Shown piece after piece: positions 39,501 through 54,291 of a stretch of 64,000 nucleotides of DNA. Position numbers and translations under genes: made by a program. The DNA comes from Auanema rhodensis (taxonomy: Eukaryota; Animalia; Nematoda): assembly GCA_964057225.1 (NCBI GenBank), contig OZ059900.1, forward strand, positions 21,018,001 through 21,082,000, written 5' to 3'. The notes under the pieces are model-generated. The model saw only the letters and a list, made by a program, of their open reading frames with translations. It was not told the DNA's origin and ran no database searches. How positions within the stretch are numbered: position 1 is the first letter of the stretch; every line of letters starts with the position of its first letter.

Positions 39501-42500
39501 TGCATTTGACGACTCATATGAACAAAAATCGATTTAATCAATATTAGCCATAAGGGGCGTGCCCTCAGAATATGCTAATTTCCTTAATTTTTTAACCCCT
39601 GTTTTTTTGTCGTGAAAGTGGAACTAGACGTTGTACGAACAATTTTGAGCTAGGTTTCATTGACATTGCATGAGTTTGAACACATGAAATCGTAAGTCAA
39701 AACCTTGTTTACAGCGAAATTTCCAAAAACTGGTTTTCCAGCATAATAAAATATTTCTCATGGGAAATACTGTGTTTTTGTATTTTTCTAGTGTTCAGCA
39801 TGTAAAATGCGTCATTTTAGTATGTAACACGCTGAAATTCGTTGCATTTGACGACTCATATGAACAAAAATCGATTTAATCAATATTAGCCATAAGGGGC
39901 GTGCCCTCAGAATATGCTAATTCCCTTAATTTTCTAACCCCTGTTTTTTTGTCGTGAAAGTGGAACTAGACGTTGTACGAACAATTTTGAGCTAGGTTTC
40001 ATTGACATTGCATGAGTTTGAACACATGAAATCGTAAGTCAAAACCTTGTTTACAGCGAAATTTCCAAAAACTGGTTTTCCAGCATAATAAAATATTTCT
40101 CATGGGAAATACTGTGTTTTTGTATTTTTCTAGTGTTCAGCATGTAAAATGCTTCATTTTAGTATGTAACACGCTGAAATTCGTTGCATTTGACGACTCA
40201 TATGAACAAAAATCGATTTAATCAATATTAGTCATAAGGGGCGTGCCCTCAGAATATGCTAATTTCCTTAATTTTCTAACCCCTGTTTTTTTGTCGTGAA
40301 AGTGGAACTAGACGTTGTACGAACAATTTTGAGCTAGGTTTCATTGACATTGCATGAGTTTGAACACATGAAATCGTAAGTCAAAACCTTGTTTACAGCG
40401 AAATTTCCAAAAACTGGTTTTCCAGCATAATAAAATATTTCTCATGGGAAAAACTGTGTTTTTGTATTTTTCTAGTGTTCAGCATGTAAAATGCTTCATT
40501 TTAGTATGTAACACGCTGAAATTCGTTGCATTTGACGACTCATATGAACAAAAATCGATTTAATCAATATTAGCCATAAGGGGCGTGCCCTCAGAATATG
40601 CTAATTTCCTTAATTTTTTAACCCCTGTTTTTTTGTCGTGAAAGTGGAACTAGACGTTGTACGAACAATTTTGAGCTAGGTTTCATTGACATTGCATGAG
40701 TTTGAACACATGAAATCGTAAGTCAAAACCTTGTTTACAGCGAAATTTCCAAAAACTGGTTTTCCAGCATAATAAAATATTTCTCATGGGAAATACTGTG
40801 TTTTTGTATTTTTCTAGTGTTCAGCATGTAAAATGCTTCATTTTAGTATGTAACACGCTGAAATTCGTTGCATTTGACGACTCATATGAACAAAAATCGA
40901 TTTAATCAATATTAGCCATAAGGGGCGTGCCCTCAGAATATGCTAATTTCCTTAATTTTCTAACCCCTGTTTTTTTGTCGTGAAAGTGGAACTAGACGTT
41001 GTACGAACAATTTTGAGCTAGGTTTCATTGACATTGCATGAGTTTGAACACATGAAATCGTAAGTCAAAACCTTGTTTACAGCGAAATTTCCAAAAACTG
41101 GTTTTCCAGCATAATAAAATATTTCTCATGGGAAATACTGTGTTTTTGTATTTTTCTAGTGTTCAGCATGTAAAATGCTTCATTTTAGTATGTAACACGC
41201 TGAAATTCGTTGCATTTGACGACTCATATGAACAAAAATCGATTTAATCAATATTAGCTATAAGGGGCGTGCCCTCAGAATATGCTAATTTCCTTAATTT
41301 TCTAACCCCTGTTTTTTGTCGTGAAAGTGGAACTAGACGTTGTACAAAAAATTTTGAGCTAGGTTTTATTGACATTGCATGAGTTTGAACACATGAAATC
41401 GTAAGTCAAAACCTTGTTTACAGCGAAATTTCCAAAAACTGGTTTTCCAGCATAATAAAATATTTCTCATGGGAAATACTGTGTTTTTGTATTTTTCTAG
41501 TGTTCAGCATGTAAAATGCTTCATTTAAGTATGTAACACGCTGAAATTCGTTGCATTTGACGACTCATATGAACAAAAATCGATTTAATCAATATTAGTC
41601 ATAAGGGGCGTGCCCTCAGAATATGCTAATTTCCTTAATTTTCTAACCCCTGTTTTTTTGTCGTGAAAGTGGAACTAGACGTTGTACAAACAATTTTGAG
41701 CTAGGTTTCATTGACATTGCATGAGTTTGAACACATGAAATCGTAAGTCAAAACCTTGTTTACAGCGAAATTTCCAAAAACTGGTTTTCCAGCATAATAA
41801 AATATTTCTCATGGGAAATACTGTGTTTTTGTATTTTTCTAGTGTTCAGCATGTAAAATGGTTCATTTAAGTATGTAACACGCTGAAATTCGTTGCATTT
41901 GACGACTCATATGAACAAAAATCGATTTAATCAATATTAGCCATAAGGGGCGTGCCCTCAGAATATGCTAATTTCCTTAATTTTCTAACCCCTGTTTTTT
42001 TGTCGTGAAAGTGGAACTAGACGTTGTACGAACAATTTTGAGCTAGGTTTCATTGACATTGCATGAGTTTGAACACATGAAATCGTAAGTCAAAACCTTG
42101 TTTACAGCGAAATTTCCAAAAACTGGTTTTCCAGCATAATAAAATATTTCTCATGGGAAATACTGTGTTTTTGTATTTTTCTAGTGTTCAGCATGTAAAA
42201 TGCGTCATTTTAGTATGTAACACGCTGAAATTCGTTGCATTTGACGACTCATATGAACAAAAATCGATTTAATCAATATTAGCCATAAGGGGCGTGCCCT
42301 CAGAATATGCTAATTCCCTTAATTTTCTAACCCCTGTTTTTTTGTCGTGAAAGTGGAACTAGACGTTGTACGAACAATTTTGAGCTAGGTTTCATTGACA
42401 TTGCATGAGTTTGAACACATGAAATCGTAAGTCAAAACCTTGTTTACAGCGAAATTTCCAAAAACTGGTTTTCCAGCATAATAAAATATTTCTCATGGGA

Positions 42501-42700
42501 AATACTGTGTTTTTGTATTTTTCTAGTGTTCAGCATGTAAAATGCTTCATTTTAGTATGTAACACGCTGAAATTCGTTGCATTTGACGACTCATATGAAC
42601 AAAAATCGATTTAATCAATATTAGTCATAAGGGGCGTGCCCTCAGAATATGCTAATTTCCTTAATTTTCTAACCCCTGTTTTTTTGTCGTGAAAGTGGAA
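36406..42700 (-). repeat. Local 10-monomer duplication with nested 3-mers (boundaries approximate)
   Basis: gtacaaaaaatttt...ggttttatt occurs at ~37921 and ~41340 (offset 3419). atgcgtc occurs at ~38781 and ~39807 (offset 1026) and again at ~42200. Confidence 0.85.
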
Positions 42701-45700
42701 CTAGACGTTGTACAAACAATTTTGAGCTAGGTTTCATTGACATTGCATGAGTTTGAACACATGAAATCGTAAGTCAAAACCTTGTTTACAGCGAAATTTC
42801 CAAAAACTGGTTTTCCAGCATAATAAAATATTTCTCATGGGAAATACTGTGTTTTTGTATTTTTCTAGTGTTCAGCATGTAAAATGGTTCATTTAAGTAT
42901 GTAACACGCTGAAATTCGTTGCATTTGACGACTCATATGAACAAAAATCGATTTAATCAATATTAGCCATAAGGGGCGTGCCCTCAGAATATGCTAATTT
43001 CCTTAATTTTCTAACCCCTGTTTTTTTGTCGTGAAAGTGGAACTAGACGTTGTACGAACAATTTTGAGCTAGGTTTCATTGACATTGCATGAGTTTGAAC
43101 ACATGAAATCGTAAGTCAAAACCTTGTTTACAGCGAAATTTCCAAAAACTGGTTTTCCAGCATAATAAAATATTTCTCATGGGAAATACTGTGTTTTTGT
43201 ATTTTTCTAGTGTTCAGCATGTAAAATGCTTCATTTTAGTATGTAACACGCTGAAATTCGTTGCATTTGACGACTCATATGAACAAAAATCGATTTAATC
43301 AATATTAGCCATAAGGGGCGTGCCCTCAGAATATGCTAATTCCCTTAATTTTCTAACCCCTGTTTTTTTGTCGTGAAAGTGGAACTAGACGTTGTACGAA
43401 CAATTTTGAGCTAGGTTTCATTGACATTGCATGAGTTTGAACACATGAAATCGTAAGTCAAAACCTTGTTTACAGCGAAATTTCCAAAAACTGGTTTTCC
43501 AGCATAATAAAATATTTCTCATGGGAAATACTGTGTTTTTGTATTTTTCTAGTGTTCAGCATGTAAAATGCTTCATTTTAGTATGTAACACGCTGAAATT
43601 CGTTGCATTTGACGACTCATATGAACAAAAATCGATTTAATCAATATTAGTCATAAGGGGCGTGCCCTCAGAATATGCTAATTTCCTTAATTTTCTAACC
43701 CCTGTTTTTTGTCGTGAAAGTGGAACTAGACGTTGTACGAACAATTTTGAGCTAGGTTTCATTGACATTGCATGAGTTTTAACACATGAAATCGTAAGTC
43801 AAAACCTTGTTTACAGCGAAATTTCCAAAAACTGGTTTTCCAGCATAATAAAATATTTCTCATGGGAAATACTGTGTTTTTGTATTTTTCTAGTGTTCAG
43901 CATGTAAAATGGTTCATTTTAGTGTATGTAACACGCTGAAATTCGTTGCATTTGACGACTCATATGAACAAAAATCGATTTAATCAATATTAGCCATAAG
44001 GGGCGTGCCCTCAGAATATGCTAATTTCCTTAATTTTTTAACCCCTGTTTTTTTGTCGTGAAAGTGGAAATAGACGTTGTACAAACAATTTTGAGCTAGG
44101 TTTCATTGACATTGCATGAGTTTTAACACATGAAATCGTAAGTCAAAACCTTGTTTACAGCGAAATTTCCAAAAACTGGTTTTCCAGCATAATAAAATAT
44201 TTCTCATGGGAAATACTGTGTTTTTGTATTTTTCTAGTGTTCAGCATGTAAAATGCTTCATTTTAGTATGTAACACGCTGAAATTCGTTGCATTTGACGA
44301 CTCATATGAACAAAAATCGATTTAATCAATATTAGCCATAAGGGGCGTGCCCTCAGAATATGCTAATTCCCTTAATTTTCTAACCCCTGTTTTTTTGTCG
44401 TGAAAGTGGAACTAGACGTTGTACGAACAATTTTGAGCTAGGTTTCATTGACATTGCATGAGTTTTAACACATGAAATCGTAAGTCAAAACCTTGTTTAC
44501 AGCGAAATTTCCAAAAACTGGTTTTCCAGCATAATAAAATATTTCTCATGGGAAATACTGTGTTTTTGTATTTTTCTAGTGTTCAGCATGTAAAATGCTT
44601 CATTTTAGTATGTAACACGCTGAAATTCGTTGCATTTGACGACTCATATGAACAAAAATCGATTTAATCAATATTAGTCATAAGGGGCGTGCCCTCAGAA
44701 TATGCTAATTTCCTTAATTTTCTAACCCCTGTTTTTTTGTCGTGAAAGTGGAACTAGACGTTGTACGAACAATTTTGAGCTAGGTTTCATTGACATTGCA
44801 TGAGTTTTAACACATGAAATCGTAAGTCAAAACCTTGTTTACAGCGAAATTTCCAAAAACTGGTTTTCCAGCATAATAAAATATTTCTCATGGGAAATAC
44901 TGTGTTTTTGTATTTTTCTAGTGTTCAGCATGTAAAATGGTTCATTTTAGTGTATGTAACACGCTGAAATTCGTTGCATTTGACGACTCATATGAACAAA
45001 AATCGATTTAATCAATATTAGCCATAAGGGGCGTGCCCTCAGAATATGCTAATTTCCTTAATTTTTTAACCCCTGTTTTTTTGTCGTGAAAGTGGAACTA
45101 GACGTTGTACGAACAATTTTGAGCTAGGTTTCATTGACATTGCATGAGTTTGAACACATGAAATCGTAAGTCAAAACCTTGTTTACAGCGAAATTTCCAA
45201 AAACTGGTTTTCCAGCATAATAAAATATTTCTCATGGGAAATACTGTGTTTTTGTATTTTTCTAGTGTTCAGCATGTAAAATGCTTCATTTTAGTATGTA
45301 ACACGCTGAAATTCGTTGCATTTGACGACTCATATGAACAAAAATCGATTTAATCAATATTAGCCATAAGGGGCGTGCCCTCAGAATATGCTAATTTCCT
45401 TAATTTTCTAACCCCTGTTTTTTTGTCGTGAAAGTGGAACTAGACGTTGTACGAACAATTTTGAGCTAGGTTTCATTGACATTGCATGAGTTTGAACACA
45501 TGAAATCGTAAGTCAAAACCTTGTTTACAGCGAAATTTCCAAAAACTGGTTTTCCAGCATAATAAAATATTTCTCATGGGAAATACTGTGTTTTTGTATT
45601 TTTCTAGTGTTCAGCATGTAAAATGCTTCATTTTAGTATGTAACACGCTGAAATTCGTTGCATTTGACTACTCATATGAACAAAAATCGATTTAATCAAT

Positions 45701-48700
45701 ATTAGCCATAAGGGGCGTGCCCTCAGAATATGCTAATTTCCTTAATTTTCTAACCCCTGTTTTTTTGTCGTGAAAGTGGAACTAGACGTTGTACAAACAA
45801 TTTTGAGCTAGGTTTCATTGACATTGCATGAGTTTGAACACATGAAATCGTAAGTCAAAACCTTGTTTACAGCGAAATTTCCAAAAACTGGTTTTCCAGC
45901 ATAATAAAATATTTCTCATGGGAAATACTGTGTTTTTGTATTTTTCTAGTGTTCAGCATGTAAAATGGTTCATTTAAGTATGTAACACGCTGAAATTCGT
46001 TGCATTTGACGACTCATATGAACAAAAATCGATTTAATCAATATTAGCCATAAGGGGCGTGCCCTCAGAATATGCTAATTTCCTTAATTTTCTAACCCCT
46101 GTTTTTTTGTCGTGAAAGTGGAACTAGACGTTGTACGAACAATTTTGAGCTAGGTTTCATTGACATTGCATGAGTTTGAACACATGAAATCGTAAGTCAA
46201 AACCTTGTTTACAGCGAAATTTCCAAAAACTGGTTTTCCAGCATAATAAAATATTTCTCATGGGAAATACTGTGTTTTTGTATTTTTCTAGTGTTCAGCA
46301 TGTAAAATGCTTCATTTTAGTATGTAACACGCTGAAATTCGTTGCATTTGACGACTCATATGAACAAAAATCGATTTAATCAATATTAGCCATAAGGGGC
46401 GTGCCCTCAGAATATGCTAATTCCCTTAATTTTCTAACCCCTGTTTTTTTGTCGTGAAAGTGGAACTAGACGTTGTACGAACAATTTTGAGCTAGGTTTC
46501 ATTGACATTGCATGAGTTTGAACACATGAAATCGTAAGTCAAAACCTTGTTTACAGCGAAATTTCCAAAAACTGGTTTTCCAGCATAATAAAATATTTCT
46601 CATGGGAAATACTGTGTTTTTGTATTTTTCTAGTGTTCAGCATGTAAAATGGTTCATTTTAGTGTATGTAACACGCTGAAATTCGTTGCATTTGACGACT
46701 CATATGAACAAAAATCGATTTAATCAATATTAGCCATAAGGGGCGTGCCCTCAGAATATGCTAATTTCCTTAATTTTTTAACCCCTGTTTTTTTGTCGTG
46801 AAAGTGGAACTAGACGTTGTACGAACAATTTTGAGCTAGGTTTCATTGACATTGCATGAGTTTGAACACATGAAATCGTAAGTCAAAACCTTGTTTACAG
46901 CGAAATTTCCAAAAACTGGTTTTCCAGCATAATAAAATATTTCTCATGGGAAATACTGTGTTTTTGTATTTTTCTAGTGTTCAGCATGTAAAATGCTTCA
47001 TTTTAGTATGTAACACGCTGAAATTCGTTGCATTTGACGACTCATATGAACAAAAATCGATTTAATCAATATTAGCCATAAGGGGCGTGCCCTCAGAATA
47101 TGCTAATTTCCTTAATTTTCTAACCCCTGTTTTTTTGTCGTGAAAGTGGAACTAGACGTTGTACGAACAATTTTGAGCTAGGTTTCATTGACATTGCATG
47201 AGTTTGAACACATGAAATCGTAAGTCAAAACCTTGTTTACAGCGAAATTTCCAAAAACTGGTTTTCCAGCATAATAAAATATTTCTCATGGGAAATACTG
47301 TGTTTTTGTATTTTTCTAGTGTTCAGCATGTAAAATGCTTCATTTTAGTATGTAACACGCTGAAATTCGTTGCATTTGACGACTCATATGAACAAAAATC
47401 GATTTAATCAATATTAGCTATAAGGGGCGTGCCCTCAGAATATGCTAATTTCCTTAATTTTCTAACCCCTGTTTTTTGTCGTGAAAGTGGAACTAGACGT
47501 TGTACAAACAATTTTGAGCTAGGTTTTATTGACATTGCATGAGTTTGAACACATGAAATCGTAAGTCAAAACCTTGTTTAGAGCGAAATTTCCAAAAACT
47601 GGTTTTCCAGCATAATAAAATATTTCTCATGGGAAATACTGTGTTTTTGTATTTTTCTAGTGTTCAGCATGTAAAATGGTTCATTTTAGTGTATGTAACA
47701 CGCTGAAATTCGTTGCATTTGACGACTCATATGAACAAAAATCGATTTAATCAATATTAGCCATAAGGGGCGTGCCCTCAGAATATGCTAATTTCCTTAA
47801 TTTTCTAACCCCTGTTTTTTTGTCGTGAAAGTGGAACTAGACGTTGTACGAACAATTTTGAGCTAGGTTTCATTGACATTGCATGAGTTTGAACACATGA
47901 AATCGTAAGTCAAAACCTTGTTTACAGCGAAATTTCCAAAAACTGGTTTTCCAGCATAATAAAATATTTCTCATGGGAAATACTGTGTTTTTGTATTTTT
48001 CTAGTGTTCAGCATGTAAAATGCTTCATTTTAGTATGTAACACGCTGAAATTCGTTGCATTTGACGACTCATATGAACAAAAATCGATTTAATCAATATT
48101 AGCCATAAGGGGCGTGCCCTCAGAATATGCTAATTTCCTTAATTTTCTAACCCCTGTTTTTTTGTCGTGAAAGTGGAACTAGACGTTGTACGAACAATTT
48201 TGAGCTAGGTTTCATTGACATTGCATGAGTTTGAACACATGAAATCGTAAGTCAAAACCTTGTTTACAGCGAAATTTCCAAAAACTGGTTTTCCAGCATA
48301 ATAAAATATTTCTCATGGGAAATACTGTGTTTTTGTATTTTTCTAGTGTTCAGCATGTAAAATGCTTCATTTTAGTATGTAACACGCTGAAATTCGTTGC
48401 ATTTGACGACTCATATGAACAAAAATCGATTTAATCAATATTAGCTATAAGGGGCGTGCCCTCAGAATATACTAATTTCCTTAATTTTCTAACCCCTGTT
48501 TTTTGTCGTGAAAGTGGAACTAGACGTTGTACAAACAATTTTGAGCTAGGTTTTATTGACATTGCATGAGTTTGAACACATGAAATCGTAAGTCAAAACC
48601 TTGTTTAGAGCGAAATTTCCAAAAACTGGTTTTCCAGCATAATAAAATATTTCTCATGGGAAATACTGTGTTTTTGTATTTTTCTAGTGTTCAGCATGTA

Positions 48701-51700
48701 AAATGGTTCATTTTAGTGTATGTAACACGCTGAAATTCGTTGCATTTGACGACTCATATGAACAAAAATCGATTTAATCAATATTAGCCATAAGGGGCGT
48801 GCCCTCAGAATATGCTAATTTCCTTAATTTTCTAACCCCTGTTTTTTTGTCGTGAAAGTGGAACTAGACGTTGTACGAACAATTTTGAGCTAGGTTTCAT
48901 TGACATTGCATGAGTTTGAACACATGAAATCGTAAGTCAAAACCTTGTTTACAGCGAAATTTCCAAAAACTGGTTTTCCAGCATAATAAAATATTTCTCA
49001 TGGGAAATACTGTGTTTTTGTATTTTTCTAGTGTTCAGCATGTAAAATGCTTCATTTTAGTATGTAACACGCTGAAATTCGTTGCATTTGACGACTCATA
49101 TGAACAAAAATCGATTTAATCAATATTAGCCATAAGGGGCGTGCCCTCAGAATATGCTAATTTCCTTAATTTTCTAACCCCTGTTTTTTTGTCGTGAAAG
49201 TGGAACTAGACGTTGTACGAACAATTTTGAGCTAGGTTTCATTGACATTGCATGAGTTTGAACACATGAAATCGTAAGTCAAAACCTTGTTTACAGCGAA
49301 ATTTCCAAAAACTGGTTTTCCAGCATAATAAAATATTTCTCATGGGAAATACTGTGTTTTTGTATTTTTCTAGTGTTCAGCATGTAAAATGCTTCATTTT
49401 AGTATGTAACACGCTGAAATTCGTTGCATTTGACGACTCATATGAACAAAAATCGATTTAATCAATATTAGCCATAAGGGGCGTGCCCTCAGAATATGCT
49501 AATTTCCTTAATTTTCTAACCCCTGTTTTTTTGTCGTGAAAGTGGAACTAAACGTTGTACGAACAATTTTGAGCTAGGTTTCATTGACATTGCATGAGTT
49601 TGAACACATGAAATCGTAAGTCAAAACCTTGTTTACAGCGAAATTTCCAAAAACTGGTTTTCCAGCATAATAAAATATTTCTCATGGGAAATACTGTGTT
49701 TTTGTATTTTTCTAGTGTTCAGCATGTAAAATGCTTCATTTTAGTATGTAACACGCTGAAATTCGTTGCATTTGACGACTCATATGAACAAAAATCGATT
49801 TAATCAATATTAGCCATAAGGGGCGTGCCCTCAGAATATGCTAATTTCCTTAATTTTCTAACCCCTGTTTTTTTGTCGTGAAAGTGGAACTAAACGTTGT
49901 ACGAACAATTTTGAGCTAGGTTTCATTGACATTGCATGAGTTTGAACACATGAAATCGTAAGTCAAAACATTGTTTACAGCGAAATTTCCAAAAACTGGT
50001 TTTCCAGCATAATAAAATATTTCTCATGGGAAATACTGTGTTTTTGTATTTTTCTAGTGTTCAGCATGTAAAATGCTTCATTTTAGTATGTAACACGCTG
50101 AAATTCGTTGCATTTGACGACTCATATGAACAAAAATCGATTTAATCAATATTAGCCATAAGGGGCGTGCCCTCAGAATATGCTAATTCCCTTAATTTTC
50201 TAACCCCTGTTTTTTTGTCGTGAAAGTGGAACTAGACGTTGTACGAACAATTTTGAGCTAGGTTTCATTGACATTGCATGAGTTTGAACACATGAAATCG
50301 TAAGTCAAAACCTTGTTTACAGCGAAATTTCCAAAAACTGGTTTTCCAGCATAATAAAATATTTCTCATGGGAAATACTGTGTTTTTGTATTTTTCTAGT
50401 GTTCAGCATGTAAAATGCTTCATTTTAGTATGTAACACGCTGAAATTCGTTGCATTTGACGACTCATATGAACAAAAATCGATTTAATCAATATTAGCCA
50501 TAAGGGGCGTGCCCTCAGAATATGCTAATTTCCTTAATTTTCTAACCCCTGTTTTTTTGTCGTGAAAGTGGAACTAGACGTTGTACGAACAATTTTGAGC
50601 TAGGTTTCATTGACATCGCATGAGTTTGAACACATGAAATCGTAAGTCAAAACCTTGCTTACAGCGAAATTTCCAAAAACTGGTTTTCCAGCATAATAAA
50701 ATATTTCTCATGGGAAATACTGTGTTTTTGTATTTTTCTAGTGTTCAGCATGTAAAATGCTTCATTTTAGTATGTAACACGCTGAAATTCGTTGCATTTG
50801 ACGACTCATATGAACAAAAATCGATTTAATCAATATTAGCCATAAGGGGCGTGCCCTCAGAATATGCTAATTTCCTTAATTTTCTAACCCCTGTTTTTTT
50901 GTCGTGAAAGTGGAACTAGACGTTGTACGAACAATTTTGAGCTAGGTTTCATTGACATTGCATGAGTTTGAACACATGAAATCGTAAGTCAAAACCTTGT
51001 TTACAGCGAAATTTCCAAAAACTTCTTTTCCAGTATAATAAAATATTTCTCATGGGAAATACTGTGTTTTTGTATTTTTCTAGTGTTCAGCATGTAAAAT
51101 GGTTCATTTTAGTGTATGTAACACGCTGAAATTCGTTGCATTTGACAACTCATATGAACAAAAATCGATTTAATCAATATTAGCCATAAGGGGCGTGCCC
51201 TCAGAATATGCTAATTTCCTTAATTTTTTAACCCCTGTTTTTTTGTCGTGAAAGTGGAACTAGACGTTGTACGAACAATTTTGAGCTAGGTTTCATTGAC
51301 ATTGCATGAGTTTGAACACATGAAATCGTAAGCCAAAACCTTGTTTACAGCGAAATTTCCAAAAACTGGTTTTCCAGCATAATAAAATATTTCTCATGGG
51401 AAATACTGTGTTTTTGTATTTTTCTAGTGTTCAGCATGTAAAATGCTTCATTTTAGTATGTAACACGCTGAAATTCGTTGCATTTGACGACTCATATGAA
51501 CAAAAATCGATTTAATCAATATTAGCCATAAGGGGCGTGCCCTCAGAATATGCTAGTTTCCTTAATTTTCTAACCCCTGTTTTTTGTCGTGAAAGTGGAA
51601 CTAGACGTTGTACAAACAATTTTGAGCTAGGTTTTATTGACATTGCATGAGTTTGAACACATGAAATCGTAAGTCAAAACCTTGTTTAGAGCGAAATTTC

Positions 51701-54291
51701 CAAAAACTGGTTTTCCAGCATAATAAAATATTTCTCATGGGAAATACTGTGTTTTTGTATTTTTCTAGTGTTCAGCATGTAAAATGCTTCATTTTAGTAT
51801 GTAACACGCTGAAATTCGTTGCATTTGACGACTCATATGAACAAAAATCGATTTAATCAATATTAGCCATAAGGGGCGTGCCCTCAGAATATGCTAATTT
51901 CCTTAATTTTCTAACCCCTGTTTTTTTGTCGTGAAAGTGGAACTAGACGTTGTACGAACAATTTTGAGCTAGGTTTCATTGACATTGCATGAGTTTGAAC
52001 ACATGAAATCGTAAGTCAAAACCTTGTTTACAGCGAAATTTCCAAAAACTGGTTTTCCAGCATAATAAAATATTTCTCATGGGAAATACTGTGTTTTTGT
52101 ATTTTTCTAGTGTTCAGCATGTGAAATGCTTCATTTTAGTATGTAACACGCTGAAATTCGTTGCATTTGACGACTCATATGAACAAAAATCGATTTAATC
52201 AATATTAGCCATAAGGGGCGTGCCCTCAGAATATGCTAATTTCCTTAATTTTCTAACCCCTGTTTTTTGTCGTGAAAGTGGAACTAGACGTTGTACGAAC
52301 AATTTTGAGCTAGGTTTCATTGACATTGCATGAGTTTGAACACATGAAATCGTAAGTCAAAACCTTGTTTACAGCGAAATTTCCAAAAACTGGTTTTCCA
52401 GCATAATAAAATATTTCTCATGGGAAATACTGTGTTTTTGTATTTTTCTAGTGTTCAGCATGTAAAATGGTTCATTTTAGTGTATGTAACACGCTGAAAT
52501 TCGTTGCATTTGACGACTCATATGAACAAAAATCGATTTAATCAATATTAGCCATAAGGGGCGTGCCCTCAGAATATGCTAATTTCCTTAATTTTTTAAC
52601 CCCTGTTTTTTTGTCGTGAAAGTGGAACTAGACGTTGTACGAACAATTTTGAGCTAGGTTTCATTGACATTGCATGAGTTTGAACACATGAAATCGTAAG
52701 TCAAAACCTTGTTTACAGCGAAATTTCCAAAAACTGGTTTTCCAGCATAATAAAATATTTCTCATGGGAAATACTGTGTTTTTGTATTTTTCTAGTGTTC
52801 AGCATGTAAAATGCTTCATTTTAGTATGTAACACGCTGAAATTCGTTGCATTTGACGACTCATATGAACAAAAATCGATTTAATCAATATTAGCCATAAG
52901 GGGCGTGCCCTCAGAATATGCTAATTTCCTTAATTTTCTAACCCCTGTTTTTTTGTCGTGAAAGTGGAACTAGACGTTGTACGAACAATTTTGAGCTAGG
53001 TTTCATTGACATTGCATGAGTTTGAACACATGAAATCGTAAGTCAAAACCTTGTTTACAGCGAAATTTCCAAAAACTGGTTTTCCAGCATAATAAAATAT
53101 TTCTCATGGGAAATACTGTGTTTTTGTATTTTTCTAGTGTTCAGCATGTAAAATGCTTCATTTTAGTATGTAACACGCTGAAATTCGTTGCATTTGACGA
53201 CTCATATGAGCAAAAATCGATTTAATCAATATTAGCTATAAGGGGCGTGCCCTCAGAATATGCTAATTTCCTTAATTTTTTAATCCGTGTTTTTTGTCGT
53301 GAAAGTGGAACTAGACGTTGTACAAACAATTTTGAGCTAGGTTTTATTGACATTGCATGAGTTTGAACACATGAAATCGTAAGTCAAAACCTTGTTTAGA
53401 GCGAAATTTCCAAAAACTGGTTTTCCAGCATAATAAAATATTTCTCATGGGAAATACTGTGTTTTTGTATTTTTCTAGTGTTCAGCATGTAAAATGCTTC
53501 ATTTTAGTATGTAACACGCTGAAATTCGTTGCATTTGACGACTCATATGAACAAAAATCGATTTAATCAATATTAGCCATAAGGGGCGTGCCCTCAGAAT
53601 ATGCTAATTTCCTTAATTTTCTAACCCCTGTTTTTTGTCGTGAAAGTGGAACTAGACGTTGTACAGACAATTTTGAGCTAGGTTTTATTGACATTGCATG
53701 AGTTTGAACACATGAAATCGTAAGTCAAAACCTTGTTTAGAGCGAAATTTCCAAAAACTGGTTTTCCAGCATAATAAAATATTTCTCATGGGAAATACTG
53801 TGTTTTTGTATTTTTCTAGTGTTCAGCATGTAGAATGCTTCATTTTAGTATGTAACACGCTGAAATTCGTTGCATTTGACGACTCATATGAACAAAAATC
53901 GATTTAATCAATATTAGCCATAAGGGGCGTGCCCTCAGAATATGCTAATTTCCTTAATTTTCTAACCCCTGTTTTTTTGTCGTGAAAGTGGAACTAGACG
54001 TTGTACGAACAATTTTGAGCTAGGTTTCATTGACATTGCATGAGTTTGAACACATGAAATCGTAAGTCAAAACCTTGTTTACAGCGAAATTTCCAAAAAC
54101 TGGTTTTCCAGCATAATAAAATATTTCTCATGGGAAATACTGTGTTTTTGTATTTTTCTAGTGTTCAGCATGTAAAAAGCTTCATTTTAGTATGTAACAC
54201 GCTGAAATTCGTTGCATTTGACGACTCATATGAACAAAAATCGATTTAATCAATATTAGTCATAAGGGGCGTGCCCTCAGAATATGCTAAT

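Larger units (their letters stand above)
35726..54291 (-). repeat. 342-bp tandem satellite, inverted block B (~54-55 monomers, 18.6 kb)
   Basis: Reverse complement of the same monomer (tcgtaagtcaaaacc...gagctaggtttcattg). It begins at monomer position 315 and ends at position 84 (...aatatgctaat). Confidence 0.99.
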
